From Octopus sinensis (taxonomy: Eukaryota): 9,799 bases of DNA. How positions within the stretch are numbered: position 1 is the stretch's first letter; each line of letters starts with the position of its first letter. Positions 7,351-9,799 of this stretch are shown here, one piece after another. The notes below the pieces were generated by a model that did no database searches, was not told the DNA's origin, and worked only from the letters and a program-made list of their open reading frames with translations. The DNA lies in assembly GCF_006345805.1 (NCBI RefSeq), contig NW_021827891.1, positions 1-9,799 on the forward strand, in the 5' to 3' direction. The position numbers and the translations under genes are program-made.

Positions 7351-7377
7351 AATATTTAGAAGCGAGAGTACAACATC

Positions 7378-7722
7378 AAATATATATAAAATATATATAT
7401 ATACATACATGTGTGTATACATATATATAATTTTAAAGTGCTTGTATTAAATGCATATGAAGTGAATGCATGTATGTATATATGGATCTGTAACCGTGCA
7501 TGTGCAATTATCATGTGCATAAATATATATATACATAGAAACAGGTGCACATATATAATAATAATAATAATAAATACTACAAACACATATAAGTCTATAC
7601 AGATATATGTATACACGTATATCTATATATACATATACCTATATATAGATATATATGGATAGAAATAATTATATATACAATAATAATATTACAAATATAT
7701 ATAAAATATATATCTCTTATAG

Positions 7723-7754
<32 letters not shown>

Positions 7755-8100
7755 AAACCACATGATATAAAGAAAGCTTGCATGAGTGATCGCATGACAC
7801 ACAGATAAATATATTTATACATCCAAATACATATATTGATATCAACATACATTCATAACTGGGTGTGTGCATCTTATGAATATTTATACACATAGGTATA
7901 TATACATCATCATTATACATACTGTACACATATGCATATACACAATGAGTCAAGCATACATTACTTTGGAGAAAAGGATAGTTTGTTCACATCTCCAGAA
8001 ATATATATATACATATTCAAATGCAGTTTGCTTGTGTATATGCATATGTGTTATATATATATATGTGTGTGTATGTACATGATTGTATGTATGTGCATAC
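7378..8100. repeat. Degenerate (TA)n/(CA)n/(TG)n microsatellite field
   Basis: Directly visible. It explains the I/Y/C/M-rich ORFs in this interval. Confidence 0.85.
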
Positions 8101-8313
8101 ATTCACTAACATTAATAAATCAAATGGTAGCATGCCATTCTACTTTCACATCAAAGATATTTTACATCAATTTGTATAGGAGCTCGACAGTAAGGACTGA
8201 AAGACTGGACTAAAGGAGGAAAAATAATAATTCTTCATATACGCATACTCACACACATTCAAATCATATGGAGAGCCAAAACAAAATCGCAGAAGCTAAT
8301 TAAATAAATCTCA

Positions 8314-8620
8314 TTAAAAACCTTTCCAATAAACCCTCCAACACCCCTTAAGACCACCTCGGAGTCTAGGGTACAAAACGTTTGCTTTAAAGTGTTCAGC
8401 TTTAATTACATCCAACATCCACCCAAAATTAATTCAAGAATCTTTTAAGATAAAGTTTAATTAGTTATCTAATCTGCTGTTTCCAAGATACCAGATTAAT
8501 TAACATGAACTAAAGTTATTTTATTTTAATAAATCTCGCAAAATTTTGGTTGTTTTCAAAATTAATTAAAATGCCTAAGAATAATTTTTTCTTGTTAGAA
8601 ATATGATCATAAAATGTTAA
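8314..8620. mobile_element. Degraded MITE / non-autonomous DNA transposon relic, possibly piggyBac-like
   Basis: Bounded by TTAA at 8314-8317 and 8617-8620. The internal blocks AGACCACCTC..GTACAAAAC..TTTAAAGTG, TTCCAAGATACCAG..AAAGTTATTTTA and TTTTCAAAATTAATT..AGAAATATG resemble in order, from recall, a common octopus MITE. The TIRs are too decayed to confirm from this copy. Confidence 0.45.
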
Positions 8621-9439
8621 ATAAAATCAAATTTCATATAAAACAATAATTTACAAAAAAAAAATTCTGTATTTCACATAGAAATATTGGGGAAGACTTT
8701 TTGTGTGTGAGTGTCTGCATATGATGAAATGGAAAAAGATAGGGATGGAACCGCTAATGTTACTTTAGTCTGATAAGAGTAACTGGAGACAGATGTCATA
8801 TACCAGAATCCAAGAAACCTATGGCAGAGGGTGGGGGAATGGCAGAGTAATATTATTTCTGTTCCCTCCCTTGACTTTAGGGACACTGTTGTTTTTGTTC
8901 ATGTTGTTATCATGCCTTGTAGCTGTATCATTCAATTACTATCGGAAAACTATACTACACTAGGAACCCTTCTTTTGAATATATTGCTGTTGTTGTATAA
9001 GGTTGAGTTTATGGAAAACAGAAAGAATTGCTCAGGAACACAAGACAAAAAAATCCCTAAAAAACAAAATAGAGGTCTCTTGTTTTGGATGTCTATACAT
9101 TATATATACATCCACAAACATACAAACATGCATACAGTCAAAAGCACATACACACACATTGATTTGCTATGTGCCTAAGGATTTCTAAGATAAATAATAA
9201 ATAGAAAATAAAGAGAAATTAGAAAATGTCAAGTCACATTGTCAAGGAACCACACTTCTAAAGGTTGCTGGCTCTCATTTTATCATGTACATCTGTGTGT
9301 GTATGTATGTATGCCATTATATATGAGTGCGTGGATGTATGTATAAATTATATATGTCTAATGTGTAAGTATATGTGCATCAATCAATCTATCTGCCTAT
9401 CTATATATATATAAATGTGTGTACGAATATGTTATTAAC

Positions 9440-9510
9440 TTCGAAGTTTCAGTAAGTGTGTGGTTCATTCAAATTGATTGAACAATGAACAAACTTGGCA
9501 AAACTTCGAA
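9440..9510. repeat. Nested inverted repeat / ~70-nt hairpin
   Basis: TTCGAAGTTT (9440-9449) and AAACTTCGAA (9501-9510) pair perfectly. Inside them: AAGT (9454-9457)/ACTT (9493-9496), GTTCATT (9463-9469)/AATGAAC (9484-9490) and CAA/TTG closing a 5-nt loop. Confidence 0.85.
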
Positions 9511-9602
9511 ATCCCTGTCAACAAAGTTATCATGAATTAATAAGACATACTCTACTTGCATTGAGTATTCTATTCAGATAACAGTCTCAGTTTTATACAT
9601 GC

Positions 9603-9799
9603 AAAAAAAAAAAAAATAAACGTTAATTTTTAAATATATTATATACACATATGTGATACAAGCAAGAAAACACAAACTTATATATTTCCATATATATAAT
9701 GTATAAATATATATATACATTATATATATTTATATATAATGTGTGTGTTATATATACCCATACATAGAAATGCACACACACATATATATGTAAAAAATG
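9603..9799. repeat. Poly-A run (9603-9616) followed by a (TA)n/(CA)n field
   Basis: Directly visible. Confidence 0.9.

Noticed and set aside
1208-7785. Multiple TGCATG (RBFOX-type) hexamers
   Set aside because: They occur on both strands and arise readily from decayed TG/TA/CA repeats.
5711-8816. Dispersed exact matches TGAGATTCTGCA (5711, 6852) and CAGAATCCAAGAA (5723, 8804)
   Set aside because: A few 12-13-mer matches are expected in 10 kb of AT-rich DNA, and the flanks do not align.
8674-9188. ORFs of 70, 115 and 61 aa in relatively complex sequence
   Set aside because: They have no recognisable motif or supporting splice structure. The 115-aa and 61-aa ORFs begin at non-ATG codons and run into CA/TA repeats.

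Overview
AT-rich, microsatellite-saturated eukaryotic non-coding DNA (intron or intergenic). No protein-coding gene, tRNA, rRNA or CRISPR array can be supported. The supplied ORFs are mostly read-throughs of (TA)n, (TG)n, (GA)n and (GGT/GAT)n repeats, and none resembles a protein I recognise. The repeat landscape and several interspersed-repeat fragments resemble, from recall and not from a database search, the SINEs and a TTAA-bounded MITE common in octopus (coleoid cephalopod) genomes, so the taxon is an inference. The best-preserved element is a 5'-truncated SINE-like copy at 4682-4938 (minus strand, (ATG)n tail), lying tail-to-tail with an older copy. The signals most worth following up are three hairpins in the non-repetitive islands (298-363, 3579-3652, 9440-9510), a compact promoter-like motif cluster (7261-7350), a 37-codon ORF with signal-peptide or TM character behind a splice acceptor (1928-2041), a few candidate small exons, and a decayed ~85-bp tandem repeat. 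I found no convincing evidence for a novel multi-component system; all findings are hypotheses.
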